Shown piece by piece: positions 9,885 through 18,616 of a DNA stretch of 64,000 bases (positions within the stretch are counted from its first letter, which is position 1; every line of letters starts with the position of its first letter). The notes under the pieces are model-generated. The model saw nothing but the letters and a program-made list of their open reading frames with translations, searched no databases and had not been told where the DNA came from. This stretch comes from Candidatus Margulisiibacteriota bacterium (GTDB lineage Bacteria; Margulisbacteria; Marinamargulisbacteria; JBFWNS01). The stretch lies in the NCBI GenBank assembly GCA_050250935.1, contig JBFWNS010000001.1, forward strand, positions 288,001-352,000, written 5' to 3'. The position numbers and the translations under genes were made by a program.

Positions 9885-10024
9885 CGCGCAGCGGGAGGAA
9901 GATTGAACTTGCTTCAATGTTCCGACCCACAAATGCAGTGCATTTGTGATTATAAATTATCGCGCAGCGGGAGCAGTGTTGAATTTACTTCGACGCTGCG
10001 GCCCACAAACGCTTCGCGTTTGTG
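9885..10024 (+). repeat. Two 64-bp structured direct repeats (76-bp period), each with two hairpins
   Basis: 9885-9948 and 9961-10024 share CGCGCAGCGGGAG...TTGAA.....TTC...CCCACAAA...TTTGTG, have identical segment lengths and show compensatory stem changes. Confidence 0.85.
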
Positions 10025-10064
10025 TATTTAATCGGCAGTACCAAAATTACGCCTTGCGTAATTT

Positions 10065-10151
10065 TGGTACCGAGGGCCGGAATCGAACCGGCATGAGATT
10101 GCTCTCACTGGTGTTTGAGACCAGCGCGTCTACCAGTTCCGCCACCTCGGC
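10065..10151 (-). tRNA. tRNA-Leu (anticodon CAA)
   Basis: GCCGAGGTGGCGGAACTGGTAGACGCG-CTGGT-CTCAAAC-ACCAG, long variable arm, GCCGGTTCGATTCCGGC-CCTCGGT-ACCA; 87 nt with encoded CCA. Confidence 0.97.
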
Positions 10152-10298
10152 AAAGGGATTCGAAAGAATCTGGTTGGGACAGTGTAGCATAAACCCAAAT
10201 AGTTTCAACTTGAAGATGTATAAAGGACGCCGTTTGCTTGACTCGGTTTGTTCTATTTTGGTACCCTTGGTAGCTGCTGTATCGTTTGATCCAACCAA

Positions 10299-10330
10299 AC
10301 AAGAAAGTGGGTCCGCCCACTTTTTTTTGT
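10299..10330 (+). promoter_or_regulatory. rimP/nusA-operon leader hairpin (terminator-like attenuator)
   Basis: ACAAGAAAGTGGG-TCCG-CCCACTTTTTTTTGT; resembles the AGTGGG..CCCACT stem plus U-tract seen upstream of nusA operons. Confidence 0.7.
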
Positions 10331-10373
10331 ATATTTCAGCCTTTATCTACCCTATTTAAAAACAGAGGTCATC

Positions 10374-11663
10374 ATGATTTTAATCGAAAATTTTAACCAA
10401 GTTACTGCTCAGATTGAGTCCGAACGTGGGATTTCCAAAGACATTCTTATTTCTGCCATCGAACAAGCGCTAGTGTCTGCTGTTCGTAAAAAGTTTTCAG
10501 AAGAAGCCCTGCTGGAAGGTCACATTAACAGCGATTCTGGCGAGGTTAAAATCTATTTGCGCAAAACCGTCGTTAAAAAAGTGGCTGATGCGGATTTGGA
10601 AATTCTTCTTAAAGAAGCCCAGGCTTTGGATCCTGCAGCCAAGGTTGATGGCACTGTTTTAATCGAAATTGCTTATCCCGAATTTGGTCGCATTGCTGCC
10701 CAAACCGCCAAACAAGTGATTATTCAACGCATTCGCGAAGCCGAGAAAAACGCCATTTTTGATGAATTTATCAGCAAAGAAGGGCAAATGATTACCGGCA
10801 CCGTTCAGCGCATCGAAAATTTGAACTATCTAATTAATTTGGGCCGCGCCGAAGCAATTCTATACGCCAAGGAACAGATTCCTGGCGAACGGTTTTCACT
10901 TAAAGAAAAAATCCGCGTCTTTTTATCCAACATCGACCGCACCGTTCGCGGCCCTGTTTTGAATATTTCTCGGGCCCATCCCGGCATGTTGAAATGTTTG
11001 TTTGAAGCTGAAGTTCCTGAAATTCAGGATGGCATCATCGAAATCATGAGCGTAGCCCGGGAAGCTGGAAAACGGTCTAAAATTGCCGTTAAAAGCAACA
11101 ACCCTTCGATTGGTGCTGTTGGCACTTGTGTGGGCCATATGGGCGCCCGTATTCAAGCGGTTACCAAAGAGCTTGGCGCCGAAAAAATTGATATTTTGGA
11201 ATGGAACGAAAATCCCAAGGTTTTCATTGGCAATGCTTTGAAACCTTCTAAAATTACTGAAGTCATTATCACCGACGAAGCGGCCAAAACAGCCATTGTG
11301 GTGGTCCCCAACGACCAATTGTCTTTGGCCATCGGCAAAAGCGGGATCAATGTTCGGCTTTCTGTTCGGCTAACCGGTTGGAAATTGGACATCTTCAGCG
11401 AAGACGAATACAGCAAAAAAGAAGTTGAATTACGCCAAAAAAGCCATTTGTCCATTGTTGAAAAAATTCAATTGGACAAAGAAAAAGAACGCCAAAGCCA
11501 AAGCGATAGTGCAAGCGAAAAAATCAAGGTTTCTGATCTTGCCAAAGAACTCGGAATCAAGTCTAAGGAACTGGTGGAAAAGGCTGCCGAATTGGGCATT
11601 GCCGTTAAAGGGGCAACCAGTTCGCTAAACCAAGACCAAGCCACCCAATTAAGGAATGCCTAA
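10374..11663 (+). CDS. nusA: Transcription termination/antitermination factor NusA with C-terminal extension
   Basis: FGRIAAQTAKQVIIQRIREAE, EVPEIQDG, AREAGKRSKIAV, QLSLAIGKSGINVRL. Confidence 0.97.
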   Translation: MILIENFNQVTAQIESERGISKDILISAIEQALVSAVRKKFSEEALLEGHINSDSGEVKIYLRKTVVKKVADADLEILLKEAQALDPAAKVDGTVLIEIAYPEFGRIAAQTAKQVIIQRIREAEKNAIFDEFISKEGQMITGTVQRIENLNYLINLGRAEAILYAKEQIPGERFSLKEKIRVFLSNIDRTVRGPVLNISRAHPGMLKCLFEAEVPEIQDGIIEIMSVAREAGKRSKIAVKSNNPSIGAVGTCVGHMGARIQAVTKELGAEKIDILEWNENPKVFIGNALKPSKITEVIITDEAAKTAIVVVPNDQLSLAIGKSGINVRLSVRLTGWKLDIFSEDEYSKKEVELRQKSHLSIVEKIQLDKEKERQSQSDSASEKIKVSDLAKELGIKSKELVEKAAELGIAVKGATSSLNQDQATQLRNA

Positions 11664-13622
11664 GTGAAAGTACAAGACCTCGCCAACCAACTTAAAATCA
11701 CCACCAAAGATCTGCTTCGGTTCATGTCCGAAATCGACGTGAAAGCCAAGTCCGGTTCCACCAAACTGGAAAACGACACGGTGACCTTGGTGCGAGATCT
11801 GTACAACGAAGCCAACAAAAGCACCCCTGTTTCCGAAGATCCGGCCCAGTGGCGCAACGTGACCATCAGCGAACAGCAAATTTCTTTGCAAGACCTGGCC
11901 AAAAAAATCGAGGTTAAGCTTTCCGAAATCATGAAGGCGGTGTTGAATCGCGGGCAATTGTTGAACTTAAACTCCATTATCAGCGCCGAATTGGCCATCG
12001 AATTGGCTGGCGAACTGGGTGTGGCACTGGAAGTTGAAGGCATCGAAAAATCGGGCTCTGACATCAAGGCCATGCTCAACAAAATCGAAGAGCAAGAAAT
12101 TGACGAAGACTTAAAATCCTTGGTGGAACGGCCTCCCGTTATTACCATTATGGGTCACGTTGACCACGGTAAAACCATGTTGCTGGATACCATTCGCAAA
12201 ACCAACGTGGTGGCCAAAGAATCCGGTGGGATTACCCAGCACATTGGCGCCTATCAGGTTAAAGTTCGGGATCGTCTTTTAACCTTTTTGGATACCCCTG
12301 GCCACGAAGCCTTTACCGCATTGCGTGCCCGAGGCGCTCAAGTAACAGACATTGCCATTTTGGTGGTTGCTGCCGACGAAGGCATTAAACCCCAAACCAT
12401 TGAAGCCATTCACCATGCCCAAGCTGCTGGTGTCCCCATTTTGGTGGCCATCAACAAAATGGATAAGCCTGGGGCCAATCCGGACACCGTTAAACAACAG
12501 TTGGCCGAGCACAACCTGATGGCTGAAGAATGGGGTGGAAAAACCATCATGGTGCCAGTGTCGGCAAAAGCAGCCCAAGGTATCGAGGATTTGTTGGACA
12601 TGATTGTGCTGACTGCTGACATGCTCGAGCTTAAAGCCAACCCCAAAGCCCTGGCCAAGGGGATTGTTATTGAATCCCGTTTATCCCGCAAAAAAGGGCC
12701 GGTTGCCACCGTTTTGGTTAAAACTGGAACCCTACGCATTGGCGACAATTTCGTCATTGGAACCACCATGGGGAAAGTTCGCGCCTTGCTCAACGACCTT
12801 GGCGATTCGGTTACTGAAGTTGGCCCCGGCACCCCTGCCGAAATTTTGGGGATCTCTGAAGTACCAAGACCCGGCGATATGCTGGAAGTTATGGCCACGG
12901 AAAAAGAGTGCCGCGAGATTGTTGAAACCCGCATCAATGCCGAAAAAGCCGCAAAATCGGTTCAACAACCATTGACGCTACAAGCGTTGTCTCAGCAAAT
13001 CGAAAAAGGTCATGTTAAAGCCTTGAACGTGATTGTTAAGGCCGACGTTAACGGCTCTTTGGATGCCATCGTGGCATCGATTGGCCAAATTCAAACCCAC
13101 GATATTTCGATTCATGTCATTCACTCTGCCACAGGTCCCATCAACGAAAACGACGTGATGTTGGCCATGGCCTCGTCTGCCATTGTGATGGCCTTCCATG
13201 TTGGCATCTCTGGCGAAGCCCAAAAACTGGCTGAAGACGAAGGGGTTGAATTCAAAACCTATCAGATTATTTATGAACTGGTCGACGACATTCAAAAGGT
13301 TGCCGATGGGATGTTCGAACCTGAATTCGAGGAAGTTGAAACCGCACGAATTGATGTTCGCCAAATGTTTAAATTTTCTAAAGTGGGCTCGATTGCGGGG
13401 TGTTATGTTCAGTCTGGCAAGATTTTTCGGAACCATCAGGTCCGCGTTTTCCGCGGAAAAGAAGCCGTTTACACCGGCAAAATCGACTCGCTCAAGCGGT
13501 TCAAAGAAGATGTTCGCGAAGTGGCCACTGGCTTTGAATGCGGCATTGTTTTGGATAAATTTGACCCTGCCATTGGAGACGTTATTGTCGGGTTCGAATT
13601 GAAAGAGAAAAAGCGGATCTAG
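11664..13622 (+). CDS. infB: Translation initiation factor IF-2
   Basis: RPPVITIMGHVDHGKT, GGITQHIGAY, DTPGHEAF, NKMD, SLKRFKEDVREV; GTG start immediately after the nusA stop. Confidence 0.98.
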   Translation: MKVQDLANQLKITTKDLLRFMSEIDVKAKSGSTKLENDTVTLVRDLYNEANKSTPVSEDPAQWRNVTISEQQISLQDLAKKIEVKLSEIMKAVLNRGQLLNLNSIISAELAIELAGELGVALEVEGIEKSGSDIKAMLNKIEEQEIDEDLKSLVERPPVITIMGHVDHGKTMLLDTIRKTNVVAKESGGITQHIGAYQVKVRDRLLTFLDTPGHEAFTALRARGAQVTDIAILVVAADEGIKPQTIEAIHHAQAAGVPILVAINKMDKPGANPDTVKQQLAEHNLMAEEWGGKTIMVPVSAKAAQGIEDLLDMIVLTADMLELKANPKALAKGIVIESRLSRKKGPVATVLVKTGTLRIGDNFVIGTTMGKVRALLNDLGDSVTEVGPGTPAEILGISEVPRPGDMLEVMATEKECREIVETRINAEKAAKSVQQPLTLQALSQQIEKGHVKALNVIVKADVNGSLDAIVASIGQIQTHDISIHVIHSATGPINENDVMLAMASSAIVMAFHVGISGEAQKLAEDEGVEFKTYQIIYELVDDIQKVADGMFEPEFEEVETARIDVRQMFKFSKVGSIAGCYVQSGKIFRNHQVRVFRGKEAVYTGKIDSLKRFKEDVREVATGFECGIVLDKFDPAIGDVIVGFELKEKKRI

Positions 13623-13626
13623 CACC

Positions 13627-13986
13627 ATGACCCTTCGCCACGAACGGATGGCTTCTGTCATTCAACAGCACATCCCCACCATTATTCGCCGAGAAATTAA
13701 CAGCAGTGGGATTGGGTTTATCAGCATTACCGAAGTTAAAGTCAGCGAAGATTTCTCCAAAGCCTTGGTCTATTACAGCGAAATTGGCAGTGACGAACAA
13801 AAAAAGAAAACCCGACGCGCCTTGTCCAAAGCGTCTAAAACCATCAAATTTCATATGGGGCGGGTGCTTCAAACCCAATCGATTCCCCACCTTATTTTTT
13901 TATTCGACGAATCGGTAGAACGTGGTGTGGATTTGGTCAACAAGATCAATGCCCTTTCCAATGCTGATGAAGATCCCACCCCTTAA
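13627..13986 (+). CDS. rbfA: Ribosome-binding factor A
   Basis: RHERMAS..ISITEVKVSEDFSKALVY..IPHLIFLFDES; follows infB. Confidence 0.93.
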   Translation: MTLRHERMASVIQQHIPTIIRREINSSGIGFISITEVKVSEDFSKALVYYSEIGSDEQKKKTRRALSKASKTIKFHMGRVLQTQSIPHLIFLFDESVERGVDLVNKINALSNADEDPTP

Positions 13987-14908
13987 AGCGTCCTTACAAG
14001 CCGCCAAACACTGCCTGGTGGTGGTTCATCGGGATCCCGATTTGGACGCCATTGGCTCGATGTTGGCTTTTCACAAACTCTTGGAAGCGCTGGGTGTTTC
14101 CCACACGTTGCTTTGCCAAGATTTAAATCCCGATTTGTTTGCATTTTTGCCTTTTTTGGAGGTCATTCACACCACTGCACCCGCTGCAGATTTTTACGAT
14201 ACCATTGTCAGTTTGGATTGTTCGGACAAGAGTCGGGTGTATCAGCACCAAACTTTGCCTTGGGCCGACAAAACCGTCATCAACATCGACCACCACCATG
14301 ACAATACCCGATTCGGGGCCCTGAATTGGGTGGAGGCGATTTCCTCGGTTGGCGAGATGATGGTGAACCTCTATAGCCATTGGGATATTCCCTTAAGCCA
14401 AGATGTGGCCACCTGTTTATTCGCCGCCATGTCTTTTGATACGGGTCGGTTTTCGTTTTCGAATGTCACCGCCGACACCTTTCGGGCCGGGGCCGCCTTG
14501 GTCGAATCTGGGGCAGATCCCCACACCTTGTCCAAATTGATGTACGAACAACTGTCGATGGGCGCTTTTGACCAACTCAAACAAGGGCTGGATCATTTGG
14601 TGATCGACGACAGACTGGGGCTGGTTTACACCACCCTGTCCCAGGCCAATCCCACCGAAGAGATCAAATTGATCGATTGGATTCGGCTGTTGAAGGTGGC
14701 TCGGGTTGCGGTTGTGTTTCGCGAAACCCAAATTGGGGAGATCAAGATCAGCTTTCGCTCCAAAACCAACTTCGATGTCAGTGCTTTTGCTGCCAAATTT
14801 GGGGGCGGCGGACACAAAAAGGCGGCTGGGCTGATTTTAAATTTGCCCCTCCACGAGGCCGTCAACGCCGTTATCTCGGTATTAAAAAAAGATCTGGCAA
14901 CTGCGTGA
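13961..14908 (+). CDS. nrnA: DHH/DHHA1 phosphoesterase (NrnA-like oligoribonuclease/pAp phosphatase)
   Basis: HRDPDLDAIGS, NIDHH, DTGRF, SFRS, GGGHKKAAG; usual rbfA-DHH-truB order. Start uncertain (13961 or 13967). Confidence 0.85.
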   Translation: MLMKIPPLKASLQAAKHCLVVVHRDPDLDAIGSMLAFHKLLEALGVSHTLLCQDLNPDLFAFLPFLEVIHTTAPAADFYDTIVSLDCSDKSRVYQHQTLPWADKTVINIDHHHDNTRFGALNWVEAISSVGEMMVNLYSHWDIPLSQDVATCLFAAMSFDTGRFSFSNVTADTFRAGAALVESGADPHTLSKLMYEQLSMGAFDQLKQGLDHLVIDDRLGLVYTTLSQANPTEEIKLIDWIRLLKVARVAVVFRETQIGEIKISFRSKTNFDVSAFAAKFGGGGHKKAAGLILNLPLHEAVNAVISVLKKDLATA

Positions 14909-15615
14909 TCGAGGGGTTTTTGCTGGCCAATAAATCGGTTGGTATTTCCTCGTTTAAGGTGGTTCGCAAGGTCCGTGCCATTACCCGAACCCAACGGGTG
15001 GGCCATGCGGGAACCTTGGATCCCTTTGCTTCGGGGTTGTTGGTTTTGGCCTTGGGCCGGCCGTTTACCCGCCAAATTGAAACTGTTCAGGCCCTGCCCA
15101 AAACCTATCGGCTCACCTGCCGGTTGGGGCAAACCACCCCTTCTTTGGATCCCGAAACCGACGTGTCTAGAACCGATTTGGATTGGGCCTTTCAAATGCA
15201 AAACAACCCCGACTTTGAGCATCAGCTCAAAACCGTTGTGGCCGGGTTTGTGGGCAGCTACGATCAAATTCCGCCCATGTATTCGGCCAAACAACAACAA
15301 GGCCAACGGTTGTACGATCTGGCCCGGGCTGGCAAGGAAATCGAGCGAAAACCCGTGTCTGTAACCCTGTATCGCATCGATTGGGAAGGGTTGAATTGGA
15401 AAGACGGTTTTCCAGAGGTTTCGCTTGGGGTCACCTGTTCTAAAGGAACCTATATGCGGTCCTTGGCCAACGACATTGCCCAACAACTGGGGACTGTGGG
15501 CTATGCCACGGCCTTGGAACGCAGCGCAGTTGGCGACCTTGCCCTTAGCGATGCCCTTGGCTATGATGATTTGTCCCTCGATTCTATTTTAGCAAAACTT
15601 AAACCCACGTTATGA
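14905..15615 (+). CDS. truB: tRNA pseudouridine(55) synthase, short form without a PUA tail
   Basis: VGHAGTLDPFASG, QIPPMYSA, CSKGTYMRSLA; GTG start overlaps the DHH stop (GTGA). Confidence 0.93.
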   Translation: MIEGFLLANKSVGISSFKVVRKVRAITRTQRVGHAGTLDPFASGLLVLALGRPFTRQIETVQALPKTYRLTCRLGQTTPSLDPETDVSRTDLDWAFQMQNNPDFEHQLKTVVAGFVGSYDQIPPMYSAKQQQGQRLYDLARAGKEIERKPVSVTLYRIDWEGLNWKDGFPEVSLGVTCSKGTYMRSLANDIAQQLGTVGYATALERSAVGDLALSDALGYDDLSLDSILAKLKPTL

Positions 15616-16448
15616 ACACCCCCCGCCCCACCATTGGTCTTGGCGTTTTTGATGGCATGCACCTGGGCCACCAAGCCATTGCCAATTTATGCGACATGAT
15701 TGTGACCTTTTCGCCGCATCCGGATCGGGTTTTGGGCAAAAACCCCACCCTGCAATCCTTGACCACCGTGGCCGAACTCAGGCATCTGTTTCCCAAAGTC
15801 AAAGCCATTCGCTTTACCAAAGCCCTTTCCACCTTATCGGCCACGGACTTTTTGGACACCATTATTTTAAAACGGTTCAACCCCAAAGCCATTGTAATTG
15901 GCTATGATTTTTCGTTCGGGCAAGGGCGACAAGGAACTTTGGACACCCTTAAGGCTTGGGCTGCACCCAAGGGCATTGCCATTACGGTGATTCCAGAGGT
16001 TCAATTGGGCACAACACCGGTTAAAAGCGCTTTGATTCGCGAGGCCCTACTTGGCGGCGATTTTACGTCTGCCCGCGAACGACTGGGACATTCGTATGTG
16101 ATTACCGGCACGGTGGTTCAAGGGGAGCAACGGGGCCGAACCCTGGGGTTTCCCACGGCCAATTTGGTGGTCCCAGCGACTAAACTGGTCCCCAGTAACG
16201 GGGTTTATAGCGGCACCTGCTTGGTCAACCACGCCCACCACAATGCCATGATTTATATTGGCCGAAAACCCACCTTTGGCGGCAAAACCGCAGCCGTAGA
16301 AGTGCATCTCTTGGATGCGTCACCCACCCTCTACGGCAAAACCATCACCGTGTTTATGGACCGCAAAATTCGGGGGGAAATGACCTTTGGGTCTGCAGAA
16401 GAGCTGGTGGCGCAGATTCGCAGGGATATTGTTGAGGCGTTTGGGTAA
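15612..16448 (+). CDS. ribF: Riboflavin kinase/FAD synthetase
   Basis: GVFDGMHLGHQ, GYDFSFG, GRTLGFPTAN, EVHLLD. Confidence 0.95.
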   Translation: MNTPRPTIGLGVFDGMHLGHQAIANLCDMIVTFSPHPDRVLGKNPTLQSLTTVAELRHLFPKVKAIRFTKALSTLSATDFLDTIILKRFNPKAIVIGYDFSFGQGRQGTLDTLKAWAAPKGIAITVIPEVQLGTTPVKSALIREALLGGDFTSARERLGHSYVITGTVVQGEQRGRTLGFPTANLVVPATKLVPSNGVYSGTCLVNHAHHNAMIYIGRKPTFGGKTAAVEVHLLDASPTLYGKTITVFMDRKIRGEMTFGSAEELVAQIRRDIVEAFG

Positions 16449-16451
16449 GGC

Positions 16452-17588
16452 CTAATACTGCCTCAAACTAGAATCGATTTCTTGGGCCCAGGCATTGATG
16501 CCGCCGGCGAGGTTTCGAACATTGTTAAAGCCGCTGTTGAGCAAATGTTGGGTGGCACGGGCACTGCGGCCGCCAGACTTGCATTGCACAATAATCAAGG
16601 CGTTGGGATCGAGTTCTTGGGTGCGGTTGGCCAATTCGCCCAGGGGAATGTGGACAGACCCTTCGATGGTGCAAATGTCGCGCTCGAAATCTTCTCGGAC
16701 ATCCACCAAAACATGGGGGACTTGGTTGTTTCTAAGGTCGCTGTACTCGTGGACGGATAGTTCTGGAATCATGGTTGTGGTCTCCGTTGTAATGCCGCAA
16801 AACACCTGATAGTCGATCAGGCCAGTTTGGGTAGGATGGTCTGAGCAAAGGGGGCAATCCGGGTCTTTGCGCAGTTTTAGCTCGCGAAATTTCAAACTCA
16901 AGGCGTCGATCATCAGCAGGCGGCCGGACGCTGGCTTGCCAATTCCCAACAGCACTTTTAGGACTTCATTGGCTTGGATGGTGCCGACCATACCGGGCAG
17001 AACCCCCAAAACGCCCCCTTCTGCACAAGACGGTACCAACCCTGGCGGCGGCGGCGAGGCATACAAACACCGATAACAAGGACCGCCATCATGATTAAAC
17101 ACCGACACCTGGCCTTCGAACCGAAAAATCGATCCATACACATTGGATTTTCCGGTTAACACACAGGCGTCGTTGACCAAATACCGGGTTTGGAAATTGT
17201 CAGTGCCATCGGCAATCACATCGAAGTCTTTGAACAGATCCAGGGCATTGTCGGCGGTTAAGGGGCCTTCAATGGCTTCGATGGTGATATAGGGGTTTAA
17301 ATCCAAGAGCCTGGCCTTGGCACTGGCCAATTTGGTTTGCCCAAGACTCGAGGTTCCATGCACAATTTGGCGCTGCAAATTCGAATCATCGACCACGTCA
17401 AAATCGATAATCCCAATGCGGCCCACGCCAGCAGCGGCCAAATAAAGGGCCAAGGGAGACCCCAGCCCCCCGGCTCCGACCAAAAGTACGGAACTGGCTT
17501 TGAGTTTTTCTTGGCCAGCCAACCCCACTTCGGGCAAAATCAGGTGGCGGGAATAGCGGGCCAATTCGGCTGGAGACAGCTTGCTCAC
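16452..17588 (-). CDS. moeB: MoeB/MoeZ-type E1-like adenylyltransferase with C-terminal rhodanese domain
   Basis: RYSRHLILPEVG, GAGGLGSP, SNLQRQ, PCYRC, PSCAEGGVLG, rhodanese CKSGGRS. Confidence 0.92.
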   Translation of the reverse strand: MSKLSPAELARYSRHLILPEVGLAGQEKLKASSVLLVGAGGLGSPLALYLAAAGVGRIGIIDFDVVDDSNLQRQIVHGTSSLGQTKLASAKARLLDLNPYITIEAIEGPLTADNALDLFKDFDVIADGTDNFQTRYLVNDACVLTGKSNVYGSIFRFEGQVSVFNHDGGPCYRCLYASPPPPGLVPSCAEGGVLGVLPGMVGTIQANEVLKVLLGIGKPASGRLLMIDALSLKFRELKLRKDPDCPLCSDHPTQTGLIDYQVFCGITTETTTMIPELSVHEYSDLRNNQVPHVLVDVREDFERDICTIEGSVHIPLGELANRTQELDPNALIIVQCKSGGRSARATQHLLNSGFNNVRNLAGGINAWAQEIDSSLRQY

Positions 17589-17866
17589 TGACGACCTCCT
17601 GCAATCGAAGGCACAATGGACAACACATCCCCGTTTTTCAGGGATGAAGCTGGGCCTTGCAAATAGCGCACATCCTCGTCGTTTAAATACACATTGATGA
17701 ACTTTCGCAGCTGACCGGCATCATCAAACAGGTGTTTTTGAAGGGCGGGGTGGGCTGTGGCCAAAGCGGCCAATTGATCGCCAACCGTGGCTTTGGTGTC
17801 TTGGACCAGTTCGTCCTGACCGCCAACAAAGCCGCGCAGTGGGGTTGGAATGTGGATGGTTACCAT
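17585..17866 (-). CDS. Ubiquitin-like sulfur carrier (MoaD/CysO/SAMP-like)
   Basis: IPTPLR, INVYLNDEDVR, IVPSIAGG followed by RQ; coupled to moeB. Confidence 0.9.
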   Translation of the reverse strand: MVTIHIPTPLRGFVGGQDELVQDTKATVGDQLAALATAHPALQKHLFDDAGQLRKFINVYLNDEDVRYLQGPASSLKNGDVLSIVPSIAGGRQ

Positions 17867-17923
17867 GGCAGTATCCTTTTTTTGGTTTTTTAATGTGAGC
17901 TAAGAGTATATACTATTCACCCT

Positions 17924-18616
17924 ATGAAGACCATTTTAATTGCCCTGGTTCTGGCCTTTTCTATTGGAAACCTGTACCCAGTTGTTGCTCTGGAAAAACC
18001 CATTGCCTTGTCCCCGCTTAGCGAGTGGCAACCGGTGACCTTTCGGCGCATTCCAAAACCCACCCAGTTTTTGGTACAACCCGATGGCAGTTTGCTGATT
18101 CGGGCCGAAAAATCGGGGGCCTCGGGGCTGACCCACAAAACTGCCTTCGAGGTTCATCAAACCCCCCTTTTTAGCTGGGATTGGCGGGTTGAGCAGGTGT
18201 TTGAACATGGGGAATTGGGCAAAGAGAAAAGCAACGACGCCCCCCTGCGTGTTGTGGTGATTTTTGATTATGATCCGAAAGCCGCTACTTTGCTTGAGCG
18301 GTGGATGTATGGGGTGTATCACAAGGTGTATCACCGCTATCCCCCTTTTCGCAGTTTGAATTATGTCTGGGGCAATGGCCCCGAAACCTTGGGCTTGATG
18401 ACGGACAATCAGCCCCTCAAAACCCGGGTGTTTATCTTAAAAACCGGACCGTCTAAAACCTGGGACAGCCGCACCATCGACATCGAGGCCGACTATCAAA
18501 AAGCATTTGGCCGAAAAGCGCCCCGTTTTGCCCGCATTGGGTTAATGAGCAACGGCGACAATACGGGCGAAACCGCCATTTCCTTTGTCAGACATCTTCG
18601 TGTCCACTCTCGGTAA
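17924..18616 (+). CDS. Exported protein, DUF3047-like
   Basis: Signal peptide, then P.FSWDWRV, DAPLRVVVIF, LNYVWG, ADYQKAFG, MSNGDNTG. Confidence 0.7.
   Translation: MKTILIALVLAFSIGNLYPVVALEKPIALSPLSEWQPVTFRRIPKPTQFLVQPDGSLLIRAEKSGASGLTHKTAFEVHQTPLFSWDWRVEQVFEHGELGKEKSNDAPLRVVVIFDYDPKAATLLERWMYGVYHKVYHRYPPFRSLNYVWGNGPETLGLMTDNQPLKTRVFILKTGPSKTWDSRTIDIEADYQKAFGRKAPRFARIGLMSNGDNTGETAISFVRHLRVHSR

Noticed and set aside
9885..10024. Possible CRISPR array or integron attC array
   Set aside because: Only two units, the variable parts are self-complementary stems rather than spacers, there are no attC core-site ends, and no cas or integrase gene is in the window.
10065..10151. tRNA-anchored integrated element at tRNA-Leu or tRNA-Arg
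   Set aside because: No integrase, no direct-repeat copy of either tRNA 3' end was noticed, and the flanking genes are housekeeping or envelope genes.
9946..10359. 137-aa + strand ORF and overlapping small minus-strand ORFs
   Set aside because: They run across tRNA-Leu and the repeat hairpins and show no protein motifs.
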